This document shows positions 17,090 through 30,756 of a DNA stretch of 64,000 nucleotides, piece by piece. The stretch covers positions 328,724,001-328,788,000 of the forward strand of contig OZ024740.1 in the NCBI GenBank assembly GCA_964016885.1, written 5' to 3'. This DNA is from Eledone cirrhosa. Lineage: Eukaryota. The translations under genes were made by a program, and so were the position numbers. The notes under the pieces were generated by a model. It was given only the letters and a program-made list of their open reading frames with translations, was not told the DNA's origin and ran no database searches. The stretch's first letter is position 1, and each line of letters opens with the position of its first letter.

Positions 17090-17382
17090 TAAAGATGGCG
17101 TAGGCATACAATACAACAGGAGGAAACATAATAGCACCACTGACGATGTTGCAGATGTGCAACGAAAGAACTTTGTTAGACAATATATATCTGTTTGTGT
17201 CTATATTATACCTGTATTTTTGACCGTTGGTCAGTCAATGGTAAATATTGAGGACTGAATAAATTAAATTAACCGATATAAAAGACACAGAAGCGAAAAC
17301 CAACCAAACAATGAGTGTGTTCTGTTATTAATTCTGGCAATATTATTACACAAATAATGCTCTCCCCAAGTATAACAATATA
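17090..17382 (+). mobile_element. Diverged solo pLTR related to the main PLE, with HHR at 17136-17179
   Basis: Shares AGATGGCGTAGG upstream and the CCAAGTATAACAATAT end. CTGACGA-T-GTTGCA(gatg)TGCAAC-GAAAG(aa)CTT shows compensatory stem II changes relative to 9697. Confidence 0.75.
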
Positions 17383-17461
<79 letters not shown>

Positions 17462-17466
<5 letters not shown>

Positions 17467-17640
17467 AGAGCTTCTACAAGACTAGAACTGTTTCATTCGT
17501 GAGAAATCATCAGATGATTTCTCACGAATGAAACAGTTCTAGTCGTATATAAGCTCTTCTATATTAAAACATTTATACTCTGATATGTATTGAGTTCCTT
17601 ACTTACTGTAGTTACCTCCGATTCAACCCGGAATAACTTA
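17462..17640 (+). mobile_element. TA-embedded palindromic element centred on a hammerhead core
   Basis: Arms 17462-17561, centre 17512. The minus strand reads CTGATGA-TTTCtcacGAAT-GAAAC-AGTT. Confidence 0.75.
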
Positions 17641-17809
17641 TATATATATATATATTTTTTTTTTCTTTAGGTCTTTTTGGAAGCCTCAACCTATGCAGAC
17701 GGGTAATTCTCCGGGTAACAAGATCCGGTGGTGAAGAGAGAGATGTAAGTGAATGTAGAATGAGATGTATAGTGTGTAGAAGAACGTAGGAAAGAGCGTA
17801 AAAAATAAA

Positions 17810-18085
17810 AATAATTGTTTCTACGTTAGGCACAAGGCCAGCAATTACCCAGTGCATTACTGGTACTTTATTTTATCGACTCCGTAAGGATGAAAGGCAA
17901 AGTCAACCTCGGCGGGATTTGAACTCAGATCGTAAAGGGACGTAACTATGCTGGAAAGCATGGCGTCCGACCCTCTACTGACACTGCCAATAAAAATAAT
18001 TGTTTCTACTTTAGGCACAAGGCCAGCAATTACCCAGTGCATTACTGGTACTTTATTTTATCGACCCTGTAAGGATGAAAGGCAA
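17810..18085 (-). mobile_element. Two tandem SINE copies
   Basis: Reverse complement of the 28251 consensus twice. Confidence 0.85.
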
Positions 18086-18264
18086 TAAAAATAATAACAC
18101 GAGATAGAGTTACCTTGGGAGAGATTTAATTGTCCCTATATTTCGGATTCACATCCAACAATTGGGGGGTTTTCCGGGGGGAGGGAGGGAAAGGTTATCT
18201 GTTGGATAGGAGTGATACGTGTCCTCTGCTGTTCGTTGTTTTGAATATATATATATAAATGGAA

Positions 18265-18742
18265 AAAATGAAATTTCATTTCTCACTCTTAGTACGGCTG
18301 ATACTTAAATATAAGTATGTATAAGTACATACATATATGTATACAGACGTACAGTAGTATGTATATACATACATGCACACATATATATATGTACGTATGG
18401 GTTTACCAAACATTTATTATAATGCTTGGTTTGTTTGTAAACAAACAGCCCGAATTATTAACCGTACAGTGTTCGGCAACCATCGCTGCCCTATTTGTTC
18501 AACACTCACAAAGGAACGATGAACTAGTTTCTAGCTTATTAGCTGCCATCAGCACCGTATACCTTCCTGTCAGTTGATTGAACGTTTGAAAGTATATACT
18601 TTCCTTATGCATATTAACGGCTGAGCAGCCTAATTTGCATATCGTACATATATATATATGTGTGCATGTATGTATGTATATACATACTACTGTACGTCTG
18701 TATACATATATGTATGTACGAATACATACTTACATTTATATA
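18265..18742. mobile_element. Foldback element copy 2 with longer internal segment
   Basis: Homology to 5895-6392. Confidence 0.72.
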
Positions 18743-18746
18743 TATA

Positions 18747-18839
<93 letters not shown>

Positions 18840-20443
18840 GACCACGCACACACAAATACACAAATACACACAGATACATATAATTGTTTAACTTTTATAG
18901 CTATGCAATTGGTAGCAGGAAAAATCTCTAATACCTTAGTTAAAGGGTTTCTTCTTTAGTTTAGCCTTTTATTGTTCCTTAGTATACCAAGAGTAAATTA
19001 TATATGAACTCCTGTCTAGAATCCGAGCCAATTTTCTCTGCCTCACTCCTACTAATATGTATCATACTATTAGCCAAAATACACCAGAAAATTTTGCTTC
19101 CAATTTACTTACCTTAGGCACTGTAAGGTAATTTCCCTTGATACTATATTGTGTATTTTAGCTGAATCACTATTCTCATTGTTTCCATCAGCCTGCTGAG
19201 GTAATTTATACTTATTAGTTCAACGTAGGAGACTCAACGTTAGTACCACATTGTTTTCTCATCGTCGAGGAAAGAAGTATTAAGTTTTATAAGCAATGAA
19301 TCAACGACAACACGGAAATCCCAGGATGCCACATTAAATTCTAGCGGAGACAATATTCTATCTTGGTCAGTAAAGAAACAAACTTTATAGAGAGTGTATA
19401 CGTATCTAAGTTCTAATTGTTAAGTGTCTCAAACTTTCAATTGACTTACAGATGAAGGAGGCCAATCTGTTTATTTAGCATATCAACATAGATTTTTGAA
19501 GTATAAACATGTTTAGTAATTTCGGCACAAGGCTAACAATGTGTGGGGATGAGAAGTCATTTACCTCGACCTCAATGTGTGATTAGAGGTTCATTTTAAC
19601 AACACCGTAAGAACGACAGGCAAAGATAACCGGGGCAGGATTTGAATTCAGAACGTAAACGGATGCAATTATATGCCGGAAAGAATTTTATCTGACGCTC
19701 TGCTGATACTGCCAATGCAAGGCTCTTCTTTGAAGTATAATAATGGTTTCTAATTTAGGCACAAGGCCAGAGTATAATAATGATTTCTACATTTTGCACA
19801 AGGCCGGCAATTTGAAGGGAAGGGGAAAGTCGATTAAATCGACTCCAGTACGTGACTGGTATTTTATTTTATCTTCCACCGTAAGGATGAAAGGCAACGC
19901 TAACCACGGTGGGATTTGAACTCAGAGCGTAAAGGGTCGTAATTTTATACTGCAAATCAGATTGCATAATAATGAAAGGAAAAGGATAGCGAAAATGGAA
20001 GCAAAAGAGGAGATAAATTAAGCAACGAAAGAAAGAGAAAGTGGGGACAAAACGACTAACTGCATCCCCAGCCGGAGCGACATGCTTCAGCTACGACTCA
20101 CAGACAAAATGTGGAAGACATTGCAAAGGAGAATGGTCAGAGAAACTCCCTGCAGTAGCCACCTTACCTCACAAAGCTCCTTCCTCAGGTTGCTATTGTT
20201 AGTGCTGAAATTAATGTTGCTGCATTCAGTGTTGTGTGAATATATAAGGTAGTCCCATATATATTCACTCAAACTGCTAAAAATAGCAGCCGAATCTGCA
20301 TCAGGTTATACTATAAATAATGTAAGGCAAGGAGATATTAAATAATGTAGTTCTAGATCTATAAGCTGGAATGATCAACCCATAAGCCACGTGCTAAACA
20401 TAAACACACTCACACATACACAAACATATGTATGTGTGCGTGA

Positions 20444-20570
<127 letters not shown>

Positions 20571-22303
20571 ATTTGAGAAAATTTGCTCCGAAGGAACCTG
20601 CAGCTGTAGAATCAGCCAGATCCATACAGTGATCATGTCTCGAGCTACCTGCCGGCGAAACAATTGTAACACGCAATAAACCGAGTCCAGATGCATCACT
20701 GATTTTTCATTTTTTTAATACTATTCACACTCTGCTCTGTAAGAATATTGAGTGATAATTTTGGCATACCGCCCATGGAAGCACCATAACTACCATTATA
20801 CACACGTAGCTACCATTATACACAGTATTGTAGATGAAGTCTTCACGAAGGTACTTGTATAAGATGACTGTACGAGCCACTTGCTTTTCTTTTACTCTTC
20901 CACTGTTTTTGGTTTAAAACATGGTTTTTATTTGTATGCCGTAGCTGGGGCTATGTAGTTAAACTTAAGAAAATTAACACAGAAAGAAGAAAACAACGAA
21001 AGGAAACAAAATAAAACGAATCACAATTTTTAAAAATTATTAAAAAAAAAAAATATACAAACGAAAGACACAGAACTCCGTGGTCATCCGCCGTTGAGAC
21101 GGATTTGAGCAGTTTCGACCCCTACCAACGTTATTCCTGGTCCATCCGGGGTCACAGCGTCTGACATAAGCCTACTGCAGAAATTCACGAACATCACCCA
21201 TCTTAGTTATTGGTAAACAACAAGAGCGACAGCACAACTGTCTTACGCTTCTTCAATCTACGACAAAGCGTAAGTTAGATCTGCGTGGTTATGAATCTCG
21301 CTTCATATCCATGTGGTTTGCGGGCAACTACTTTCCAGAATATCACCTACTTCGCTAAAGCCCTTTGTGTCGCATTTTGTAGACAGAAACTGTGTTGAGG
21401 TCCATCGGAGAGATTGTTTCTGTTCTTGGTTAGACATATTATGTTACCCATTTTTGTGTTTTAGAAAAGTACGCTCTATTGTAAGCATCAGGGCCATTGT
21501 TTCTACATTAGGCACAAGGAAAGCAATTTAAAGGGGAGGGGAAAATCGATTAAATAGAACCCAGTGAATTACTGAGAATAATTTCCTCCGTTTCGTTCAC
21601 CAGAGTTGGGGGCCCCGAAAAAAGGTGCTAGATGCTGCACATCTTCATCTACCCAATGCATTCATACAAATAGAGGAGACGCGAAAGCTTAGCTTCTTCA
21701 CTTCTCACGGTAATTGATCTCTTCTGTGAACTCTCCTGCCGTAGCATGCAAACACCAATTTCCATCAATTCCGGATGTTACTTTATCATGTTGTGTTTGT
21801 CAGAAGACGAGCATTACGCCAATGTTCTAGAATGGTAAGTGACAGTTGAAAATAAACTGTCTAACTAACAATTAAGAAAGCTTCAGTTAGTTTTAATCAA
21901 TATTATTCGTTCGAATGTCATACATAAAAGTTCACTCACTTAGACGTGTCTAATATTTGTTATTGAAACAAATTTGTACAAAGTGTTGCCATTTTCTACT
22001 TTACTAAACACTGTTTACAACACATTTCATCCATTAGTAAATTCAGTCTTTTAAAACATACTGATGATATCTGAGACGGAACATTGACAGTATCAACACA
22101 TTTTTGATTTTATTCAGCTGTGACATTCAGATTCCGAATGTAACGAATAGTTATTCTTAAATTTTGTTCAGTTTATAAAGTGAAACAAGATCAATACTCA
22201 TTTCAGTGGCGACTTGACAAGAGTTGTCAGAGCGTAGGAAAAAAAAAAAAGTCTTGCATCATTTCATCCGGACATTGCGTTCCAGGTTCATATCACATCG
22301 AAT

Positions 22304-22600
22304 TCTTCTTCTTCTTCTTCTTCTTCTTCTTCTTCTTCTTTTTCTTCTTCTTCTTCTTCTTCTTCTTGGGACGCTAGTGGAGACAGAGTCCTGAAGCACG
22401 CCTTCTAATGGGTCTTGTCAGCAGTAAACAAACGTCTAGATCCCCAAACAAGACCAGCTGAGCTCACAGATGTTATCCGACAATCTTTCTCGCGGTTTAC
22501 CCCTGGGTCTCATGTGGGTTGGTTTTTACTCGTAAAATTTCCCCAGCGATTCTTTCATGAAACATTCTAATCCCATGTCCAAAATATCAGAGCTCCCAAA
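22304..22600 (-). mobile_element. LINE 3' remnant with (AAG)n tail
   Basis: Minus strand has RPRGKPR- and YFGH-like residues followed by a (GAA)n tract. Confidence 0.55.
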
Positions 22601-24151
22601 TGTTTGGTTTTATGTCCAAATTACAAACTATTGTTATAGTTTAGCCCCAATAAGGCTGTGGAGTGGTAGTATTGGTAGAGCGCTGAAAAAATGATTGCGG
22701 GATTTAGACTTTCTACATCCTGAGTTTAAATCCCGCTGAGCTCAACTTTGCCTTTCATCCTTCCCGTATCAATAAAATAAAATACCAGTTAAGGACTAGG
22801 GTGAATATAATAAATTTTCCCTTCCCCCCAAATTACTGGCCTTGTGCCTATGCTAGAAAGAATTATTGTTTAGTTTCAGGTCAGCCGTATTTGGACAGGC
22901 TTATGATGAAGGGTATTCCATTTGAGACCATGTCATTTTGTTATGTTCAGGGGGCTAAGTACAACATTGTTCATCTTTTGCTAATCTATGGTATGATTTG
23001 AGAAGAATATTTTGACCTTCATGCTAATATCTATGTTTAGAGACTACATTTAGCCATTGACTTGCAATTTTATTTCATATCAGCAATAACAGTCTATCAA
23101 CAATAGGCAGAATTTCTAAAGAGCTTCGACTAAAGTTTAAATTTCTAAAGTGGTTAATTGAAAGTTTGAGTTTCAAGCTTGAAATTCCTCCATCTAAATG
23201 TTAAAGTTCTGAAGAGCTGCCATCTTCCGCATTTCTCAGTTGAGACGTTCGTTCAGGTTCATGATACGTTACCTTCGAGCTTTTCGGAACATTATTACAA
23301 TGGGGTTTTTAAAAGAAAATGACGATTTAGGTGTTGAGTAAATAATGGAACGAAACCCGTTGTCTTAGAGATATCACAATTGGCAAATATAAATTTGTAA
23401 CAGTGATATGTTCTAAACATTTTATGAGGCCTCCATTACTTGACCAGCAGCCTCAGGAGAATGGAAGAAAAAAAAAAGTTGACCTCAGTGATATTTGAAC
23501 TCAGTATGTAAAGACTAAATACGAAAGCGTATTTGACCCAAAAGTCTATCGATTACTGCTGTCCAGTGCACTTATAAATAATAAGCACACAGTGAGAGAC
23601 ATTTATTGCTAGAATATTAAATATAATTAGAGGATTCACCAGTTTATAGGAGCAATTAACCTTGTTCAGAATGCGCTACTCATCATAATGGTCTTTTAGA
23701 TTTACTATAATTAATCTAACAAGGCAGGAGCCATGTCTGGGAATAATTCCCTTCGAACTGTTAAGTAGATTCTTGCAAACAATTACATATATAAGAAATT
23801 TCAAACACAAACGTATGCAAGTATATTCTATTGCAACCAGTTTATCTATACTTATTTACAAAAGTTAAATGCAAGTATATATAATATAATATAATATATA
23901 ATATAATATATATATATATATATATATAAACATATATACGAAATTACATATATAATTGCACATATCAGTATACATATCAATACATATTTCATGATGTTTT
24001 TATTGAAGAGCTTGTGATAGTTGAGTACTTGAGGTTGATAGGGAAATTATATCTGATATATGCAGGACTCTCGGTAAAGTTAGACAGAAATTTTATGTCT
24101 ACTCCATTCTCTTCGTACATGCATACATACAAATACAAATACAAACATCAT

Positions 24152-24276
<125 letters not shown>

Positions 24277-24798
24277 GTAACACACATATATACACACACA
24301 TATATATATAGATACATGTATATGCGTGTGTGTTTGTGTTTATAAGTGTATGTATTTACCTATTCAGTTCTGACAAAACTGTAATTCATGAATTACTGTT
24401 GAATTAATAATGTTTTATCGCATTACACACTGTTCAGCAGAATATATCTATAGATGTTTTTAGACAAAACGTTATGTATATATAGGTGTAATCATCTAGT
24501 CTTTTATATGCTTAAATACTTGTGGACACGCAAAAAGAATAATTGTGATATGGTGCTTAATCTGTTTATACATTCAGCCTTGGTTAAAAATATTATTGTA
24601 AAGGAATGTAATTAGATTGTCACCTTCATGATAAGATAAATGGATGGAGTATAAAGAAGAGCAATTCAGTGAAGTGTTGGAGCTGGTACTGACATGTCTG
24701 GGAGAATGTATGTATTGTATTTTTTTGTTACATAAGATCTTTACTAAGACATTACAGGCGAGTAGTAATGATTAACTTCTTAATAATCGTATTTAAGA

Positions 24799-25250
24799 CT
24801 ATGAATTCGTAATATAATCGGCTTGTCTCCTCACGGCGGACAGAATGGAGAAGGCGTTTCCTCGGAGGACGGCAAGGGAGACGCGCTGGAAAAGCCACTC
24901 CAACTCGTGGGGCTCAGCGCCTATGGTGGTGAGTAGGGAGGTAGCCCTAGCGCCGAGGACACCAGATGTCTCCCCTACCAAGGGTACAACCGCAAACCTG
25001 TCGGAGAGTTTGGCCTCCTCAGCCCGACGTGCAGCAGAACTGGGTTAGTCGCAGACTGAACCAGGTTGCGGCTGCAGAAAGTGTCGGTGCAAGTGGTATC
25101 CCAGACGAGGGGTTTGCCACCGCGGAACGGGAAGATGGTCTGGCCATCTGGCCTTTTGCCGTCCCCTCGGTCCAGCCCCACCGGCTCGAGCTGGGAAGGG
25201 AAGCCTGCAGCGTCCAAGCCATGCTTTATCACCTCGTTGTAGCGAATACA
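24799..25250 (-). pseudogene. CRE-clade non-LTR retrotransposon C-terminal fragment (restriction-like endonuclease)
   Basis: EPVGLDRGDGKRPDG..F..GKPLVWDTTC and GETSGVLG..LFQRVSLAVLRGNA, frameshifted. Confidence 0.82.
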
Positions 25251-25555
25251 TCAGTATTGATACAACAGAGTGATGAACAAAAGCCTTCCAGCCTTAATTA
25301 CACAGTCTTTTCCTATAAATTGGAATCCATTGTCCAATGCGTCTTTTATTTATGTATGATTTGAGAAAGGTTTCTAACAGGTCAAGCGATCTGTGTTGTT
25401 CGAGAAATAAAATGATTTTTCTTCGTTGTAGGGGTAGCATTTACGACCTAGTTTTAAGGGGCTCACACACACATGTACGTATACACACACACACACATAT
25501 ATATATAAACAATCCAACGAAGCGTAAGTACCAGTAAATATCACTGTTTTAAATG

Positions 25556-25630
<75 letters not shown>

Positions 25631-26379
25631 AGGATAAAAAGGACGATTGATTATTACGGGTGAACCTGCAGTAACTCCTAGTCACACCCACTGGATATAT
25701 ATATATATATATATATAGACACATATATACATATATATCTATATGTATATATGTATATATGTATATATGTATATATGTATATACAGTTGGTGCTACTGGT
25801 AACATGTATCCCAGTACAACCTGTCCCATGGTCGGGTCGTTGGCGACTAAACTGGCAACCCCACCAAGGTTTCTTGGTGAGGAGGGTGACTTTGGACATC
25901 CTGCAGGACTAAAAACAAAACCTGTCAAAGGGCAAAGGAGCTCTTAAGAGTCAATGGCCATCCAAAATCACCGGGAGAGATGACCCCTTAGCCTTTGTCA
26001 AGGCAGAATTCTAGGAGAAGGAAAACTCTGATATAACACCTGCAACCCTGATGGTATCCAATGATGTTGACTTGTTCTTCTTTTTGGTAAATATCATTTT
26101 GGTTAAGAGAGTGGGACTGGCTTTGTGCAGTGCCTTTGCTCACTATAAAAGCTTCACGGCACAGGCATTGCTTTATATCTGGAGATCTCTCTGCACTTGT
26201 CGTCACATGGTACCATGGGCCCAGCACTATGTGTCAGTAATTGTCACAAGTGTAGTGTTTGTACCAGAGTTTTCAAGTCGCTGGCTGGACTAAAAAGTCA
26301 CACTCGTTCAGCGCATCGGTAGGGGTTCTCCTACATGGATATAAAGTAGTGGCCGTACTCGAAAACGAGTTGGCAGCCA

Positions 26380-26532
<153 letters not shown>

Positions 26533-27002
26533 CCGAATTACCCGCACCTTGCTGCGTTTCACACATTTGTTTTGTAAAAAAATGATGATTGATTTTAAAT
26601 CACTGATATAATTTATGGAGAAAAACTATGGAAGGAATAATGAATACAAATCAATAAAAAGAATATATTAAAGTGGACTAACCATCCGATTATAACAATA
26701 ACACCCGGCCAAAATCAAATAAGAGTATTTTCGCTACACACACACACACACACGGTAGCATAGCAAGAGCCCACAGTAGCATTTCTGGTCCCACTGTAGA
26801 ATTTCAGAGGCCAATGCTTTGCTTTCAAAAAATACCTAATTCTAAGAGAAAGAATAATCTTTTTAAAAAATAAATAAAACAATTTAAGCAAAGCATTTGG
26901 TCAACAAATTCCCCATAGAAACCAAAATATATGATAGTGCAAATAGCTGGAATCAGTGGTTGTACATTCTACTAAATCTAAAGTTTATTGTATTCATTCA
27001 TG

Positions 27003-27185
27003 CAGGATCGAACTTATGAACAGGATCACCACCGTCTATGATTCCTCCAACTAGGCCACCGAGACAGCTACAAACGTATAATGAAAATTAATAATTATAA
27101 ACCTACTTTCAAAATCAAAGTTAAAAACATGTGGTGTCGTTCATGGTTTTCCTAGAGCTATTAGTAATATTTAGGGTCGACTTGT
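27003..27185 (-). repeat. tRNA-like dispersed repeat, second copy 28054-28226
   Basis: Direct similarity; minus strand TGGCCTAGTTGG..GTTCGATCCTG. Confidence 0.55.
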
Positions 27186-27370
27186 CAATATTTTGGCACT
27201 TTGGTAACAAACTTATTATTCCTATGTGTGTTTAACTGTTAAATTAATTTAATTTGATTATTTTAGCAAACAAATAACATATGTACATATGAACCTGTAA
27301 TTTCTATCTAAAGACATTTTTTCCAATTCCAACCCACCCGTCCCCTCAATCTATCTTATTTCTCATTCTT

Positions 27371-27406
27371 TCTTCTGATGAAGGACTGGCGTCCGAAACG
27401 TTAAGA
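27371..27406 (+). ncRNA. Minimal hammerhead ribozyme
   Basis: TCTT-CTGATGA-A-GGAC(tggc)GTCC-GAAAC-GTT/AAGA, with palindromic AACGTT stem III. Confidence 0.85.
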
Positions 27407-27507
27407 CACTCTTCCTGCCATATCAAGCGTTAACCTATTATATCCCTTCTATATACTGTACCGATTGTGTTGTTATTTCTGTTTACCTTTTACACACACA
27501 CACATAA

Positions 27508-27590
<83 letters not shown>

Positions 27591-28250
27591 GCCAATCATT
27601 GTAAGTTTGAATCTGACATGCAAAAACATATATATATATGAATACAGTAAGCCCAGATCATAGTAGATACAAATATCACAGAGAGAAAGAGAGAGGGGGG
27701 GGGATGAGGTGCAACAGAAATGAAACATGGATTACAGGTTAAAATATAGCCTAGATAGATGTGAAACAAAACAAGGATGAAGTTTTTGGAACAACCAAAT
27801 GATTTAGAACTCGACCTTAAGTAGGAGCAATAACAATAAGAAAGACATGAAAGACACCAAAACACTCTGATTTGAATGTAGGCTTATAAGTATGAATTTT
27901 CATAAGATTTTCGTTGTTGTCTCTGTGGACTACCGGTAGGTACTAGAGATGGTTTCAATCCTGGTCAAGAGGTACATGTAACCTTTTCCCGCTTTTATTT
28001 TACAACCAATAGAAAAAAAACTGAGAAGGTTTACGGGGAACCCTCCTCCCGACCAGGATCGAACTTCAGACCAGGATTACCACCCTCTATGATTCCTCCA
28101 ACCAGGCCAGCGAGACAACTACGAAATATAATGAAAATTAATAATTATAAACCAAAGTCAAAGTTAAAAAGATATGGTGTCGTTTATGGCTTTCCGAGAG
28201 CTATAAGTCATATTCAGGGTCGACTTCTAGTCATTATTGAAAGTCTCTAG

Positions 28251-28435
28251 GGGCGGTGGATTGGCAGTATCGGTAGAGGGTCGGACGCCATGCTTTCCAG
28301 CATAGTTACGTCCCTTTACGATCTGAGTTCAAATCCCGCCGAGGTTGACTTTGCCTTTCATCCTTACGGGGTCGATAAAATAAAGTACCAGTAATACACT
28401 GGGTGATTGCTGGCCTTGTGCCTAAAGTAGAAACA
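28251..28435 (+). mobile_element. tRNA-derived SINE (Nin/Deu-type central domain, OR2-like), full length with 16-bp TSD
   Basis: A-box TGGCAGTATCGG, B-box GAGTTCAAATCC, core GCCTTTCATCCTTACGGGGTCGATAAAAT; TSD ATTATTGAAAGTCTCT. Confidence 0.88.
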
Positions 28436-28931
28436 ATTATTGAAAGTCTCTGGATTTCGTAAAATACATAATATTTTTTATTGGAGAAGGTAAGATATTT
28501 TTCCGCAAAAATTTGATCGCACTGTTTTGTTTCCACTTGTGTATTTTTCGAAAATGTTATTTATTCATTATAAAAATTAAATGATAGCATTCTATATGTA
28601 GGTGGGCCCCTTCATCTCCTGGCAACCAATATTTTTAGACTCAGTCCACCACTTGCTATATGTTATTCTTATACTAAAACAGAAAATTCACCGAGAAGAA
28701 GAATTGGATTCTGGTAATGATGACCATATCGATTTATTGATATGTTTGACTTATTTTCTAATTCAGAAACTGCATCGGCTAATGATGACCATCTCAAGCT
28801 ATTGATGTGGTCTGATATATATATTTTTTAATTCATATACTGCTTTTGTAGTCATGAGGTTTGCTCAGGCTCCTTATATTTAAGTTGCTTGAAATTTTAA
28901 ATAGCCGAAGGAACAATACTTTATCGACCCG

Positions 28932-29056
<125 letters not shown>

Positions 29057-29419
29057 ACACAAGATCTTATTCTAGTACTCGCTGCAGAGGAATAACTAGT
29101 ATAAAAAATAATGGTATCAAAAGCCGATAGGGAGGAGGGAGACTTAATAGTAAATTGCTGCTTAGATAAAAAAAAAAAACCATGAGATGTATGAAGTTGA
29201 TTTCTACCTTTCAGCACCATTACATAAAAAAAACATTTATTTTCTGTGAAGGTTTATTTTCACTTCCTCCCTATGATGACATCACACCAATTATTTTATC
29301 GCAACGAGTCTTAGAAACCTGAGCATGTGTCCGGCGATATAGTTTAGCATATGATACATTCACTTTAATATGTTTACTTGATTATAATTTCTAGTGTCCT
29401 TTCGTTTTCAGCCGTAATT

Positions 29420-30033
29420 ATATTGGCTGTATCTGTAGAGGGTTGGACGCGATGCTTTCTAGCATAGTTACGTCCCTTTACGGTTTGTTTTCAAATTCCG
29501 TCGAGGTTAACTTTGCCTTTCATCCTTACGGGGTCGATAAAATAAAGTACCAGTAATGTACTGGGTAATTGCTGGCCTTGTGCCAAAAGTAGAAACAATT
29601 ATATTATTTGATAGAATAACTTGAGTGTCGACCGAAAATCTTTTGCTGCATCTATTCCGATACTTTACGTTCTGAATTCATATCCCACCTAGGTTAGCTT
29701 TGCCTTTCATCATTAAGGGATCGATAAAACAAAGAACCAGTAACACACTTGGGTCGATTTAATCGATTTTCCTCTCCCCAAAAGTACTAGCCTTGTGCCT
29801 AAATCAGAAACCATTATATTATTTAATAGAATGTTTTGAGCGTCGGAAGAGAATCTTTGCAGCATCTATTCCGATAATTTACGATCTGACTTCAAATCTG
29901 CTGAAGTCAACCTTGTCTTTCATTCATTCCTGGTCCATGAAATTAATTACCAATCAACTATTGGGTCCGTTTTAATCGATGTTCCGCTTCCTCCAAAATT
30001 GCGCACTTTGTGCTTAAATTAGAAACTATTATA
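29420..30033 (+). mobile_element. Three head-to-tail SINE copies of differing age
   Basis: Repeated GCCTTTCATC..GATAAAA..GTGCCTAAA..GAAAC units. Confidence 0.8.
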
Positions 30034-30651
30034 TTACTGCTTTAAACATTAATAGAAAATTAATAACAATGACATAGATTTCCACTTCATCTTCTTTTAC
30101 CACTCGGCCCTTGAGGTGAAATACATGCAAACAAACTATTATAACATTTAAAACATTAAGAACTTCCAGCTTCATGGCATTTCCATGTTACAGCCACAGT
30201 CAGGCAGGATTAGTAATGAACTAAATGACATGACTTCTGGACCACGTCGGATAAACATGGTTGTTACCTTGGGTAACGCATAGATTTACAGTCTTTTAAG
30301 ATAAACAAAAACAATTTTAAACAATAAATATCACGTTCTGGAATCTTTTTCAGAATTTGACCTTTGCGTTTATGTATAAGGCTTTACGGTGATTTCAGTG
30401 ATATAAATATATAATAATAAAATGACATTTGTGATGGTTTCATGGAAATGAAACAGTTCCAGCCACGTAGAATTCCATTCTATGAAACTGAATATTGAGT
30501 AACTTATTTAACTATGGTTTCTTAGCGATCCACTACGGAAAGGCAACCTTAATTTTATATAACGATATCTCTCTCTCTCTCCCACGCTCTCCCCTCTCTC
30601 TCTCACTTCCCCCTCTCTTTCTCTCTCTCTCTCTATATATATATATATGTG

Positions 30652-30756
<105 letters not shown>

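Noticed and set aside
22058-22095. CTGATGA..GGAAC hammerhead candidate
   Set aside because: No GAAA and stems are inconsistent
28251-28340. tRNA genes
   Set aside because: These are SINE heads without a full cloverleaf
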